Shown in pieces: positions 23,013-24,000 of a stretch of 24,000 bases of DNA. This DNA is from Stenotrophomonas phage IME13, in sequence record JX306041.1, one strand, 5' to 3'. Each line of letters opens with the position of its first letter. The stretch's first letter is position 1. Position numbers and translations under genes: made by a program. The notes below the pieces were generated by a model that did not search any database, was not told the origin of the DNA, and worked only from the letters and a program-made list of their open reading frames with translations.

Positions 23013-24000
23013 TCAAATATCAAACATGTCAAACAAATTATTCCTAAATTCATAATCTGTTTTCGTAGCTTCGCAAATTGAAGCAAGTGGTTTAACGAAT
23101 GTTTTATCAAAAAGCTTATTAATATCCATAAACTTCAAAACATCGGCTTCTACGACAGGAGGAATTTGTGTTCCTGACGGCCAAGCAAAACACGCTTCAT
23201 TGAATGGATTGCGATCACGAAGAGGAATAACCATTACCTTTTCGCCTTCAACAATCTCTGGAATTGATTGGTCAGTTTTTGCAATCCGGTTATATGCAAG
23301 GGCTCCTTTCACATGATATGGAGCTCCTTTAATTGGATATCCTGCCGAATCCGCGTTTTTGGCGATATTATTCGCAGAAGACACTGCGGCAATCTCTTGA
23401 TAATCGATCGTTTTGAATTCATTCTTGAATTGAATGAAATAATTTTGCAAAGAAGATTCACCTTCTTGCAACAACCGACGAATTGACTCTTTTAACGATT
23501 TTTGACAAGCCAAAGGTGTGGATGATCGTTGAGTTTCCAAACCCATGATTTTGAGATGCGGTTCTGCGTATCGAGTGCCTTCCATGTCGTAAACATTTAG
23601 TGCGTATCTTTTCTTACCAGTCCAGAACCCGCCAATCCCATCCGAACCCAATGGAGCTCCAAAAATAGCTTCACGATCCATCAACAAAAGGTGATGATCG
23701 TTATTCATATATTGCTCCAATTCTTTGTAAGATTCGTCAATATATGGTTCAAGCTTCTTTTGGCCGAGATTATCCAAGAAATCAATTAGATGATTGGTGT
23801 CACGGAATTTTTCCATGCCAACTTTGTTAACTACGGCTTCCATGTTCAAATAAACCGAGTCAGTGTCAATGTAGCAAACATAATCAACATTCTCAGTTTT
23901 AACCAGATTGTTGATGTATTCATTGAGCTTACGCTCAATCCAACGGATTGCTAATTGACCGTAAGTTGTAATAGCTTCAGCATTTCGCAAATCGTAGAAG
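23013..24000 (-). CDS. 43: DNA polymerase (gp43-like), C-terminal part, runs off the right window edge
   Basis: Frame stays open past the track start at 23990 (FYDLRNAEAITTYGQ); YIDTDSVYL motif, GIGGFWTGKKRYALNVYDMEGTRYAEPHLKIMGLETQ, C-terminal LFDMFDI. Confidence 0.95.
   Translation of the reverse strand, partial: FYDLRNAEAITTYGQLAIRWIERKLNEYINNLVKTENVDYVCYIDTDSVYLNMEAVVNKVGMEKFRDTNHLIDFLDNLGQKKLEPYIDESYKELEQYMNNDHHLLLMDREAIFGAPLGSDGIGGFWTGKKRYALNVYDMEGTRYAEPHLKIMGLETQRSSTPLACQKSLKESIRRLLQEGESSLQNYFIQFKNEFKTIDYQEIAAVSSANNIAKNADSAGYPIKGAPYHVKGALAYNRIAKTDQSIPEIVEGEKVMVIPLRDRNPFNEACFAWPSGTQIPPVVEADVLKFMDINKLFDKTFVKPLASICEATKTDYEFRNNLFDMFDI

Overview
The window is a gene-dense segment of a T4-like (Tevenvirinae/Straboviridae-type) myophage genome. 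Essentially all coding is on the minus strand. In + coordinate order it contains: a partial acidic ORF; small unknown ORFs, including a putative 2OG-Fe(II) oxygenase-like protein and a putative PD-(D/E)XK-like protein; rIIB and rIIA; a cluster of very small ORFs; a fused topoisomerase II large subunit (gp39+gp60 type); a MazG-like protein; a HAD-like phosphatase; DexA exonuclease split by a 1-nt frameshift; Dda helicase; gp56 dCTPase; a secreted LprI-like protein; DenV-type pyrimidine-dimer glycosylase; gp61 primase; gp41 helicase; an HNH/NUMOD3 homing endonuclease; gp42 dCMP hydroxymethylase; and the C-terminal part of gp43 DNA polymerase. The main non-textbook observations are: (1) a family of early-type promoters in which an inverted repeat is centred on or near the -10 box, with apparent compensatory changes between copies; (2) a run of tandem stem-loops in the long gap 6928-7081 and a second nested stem-loop structure at 12037-12119; (3) the frameshifted dexA; (4) a phage-encoded signal-peptide/LprI-like protein next to DenV; (5) an HNH endonuclease ORF at the gene 41/42 interval, where T4 carries uvsX; (6) a recurring C(UUCG)G tetraloop terminator family. 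All family assignments come from reading motifs and recalled T4 protein similarity. No database search was run.
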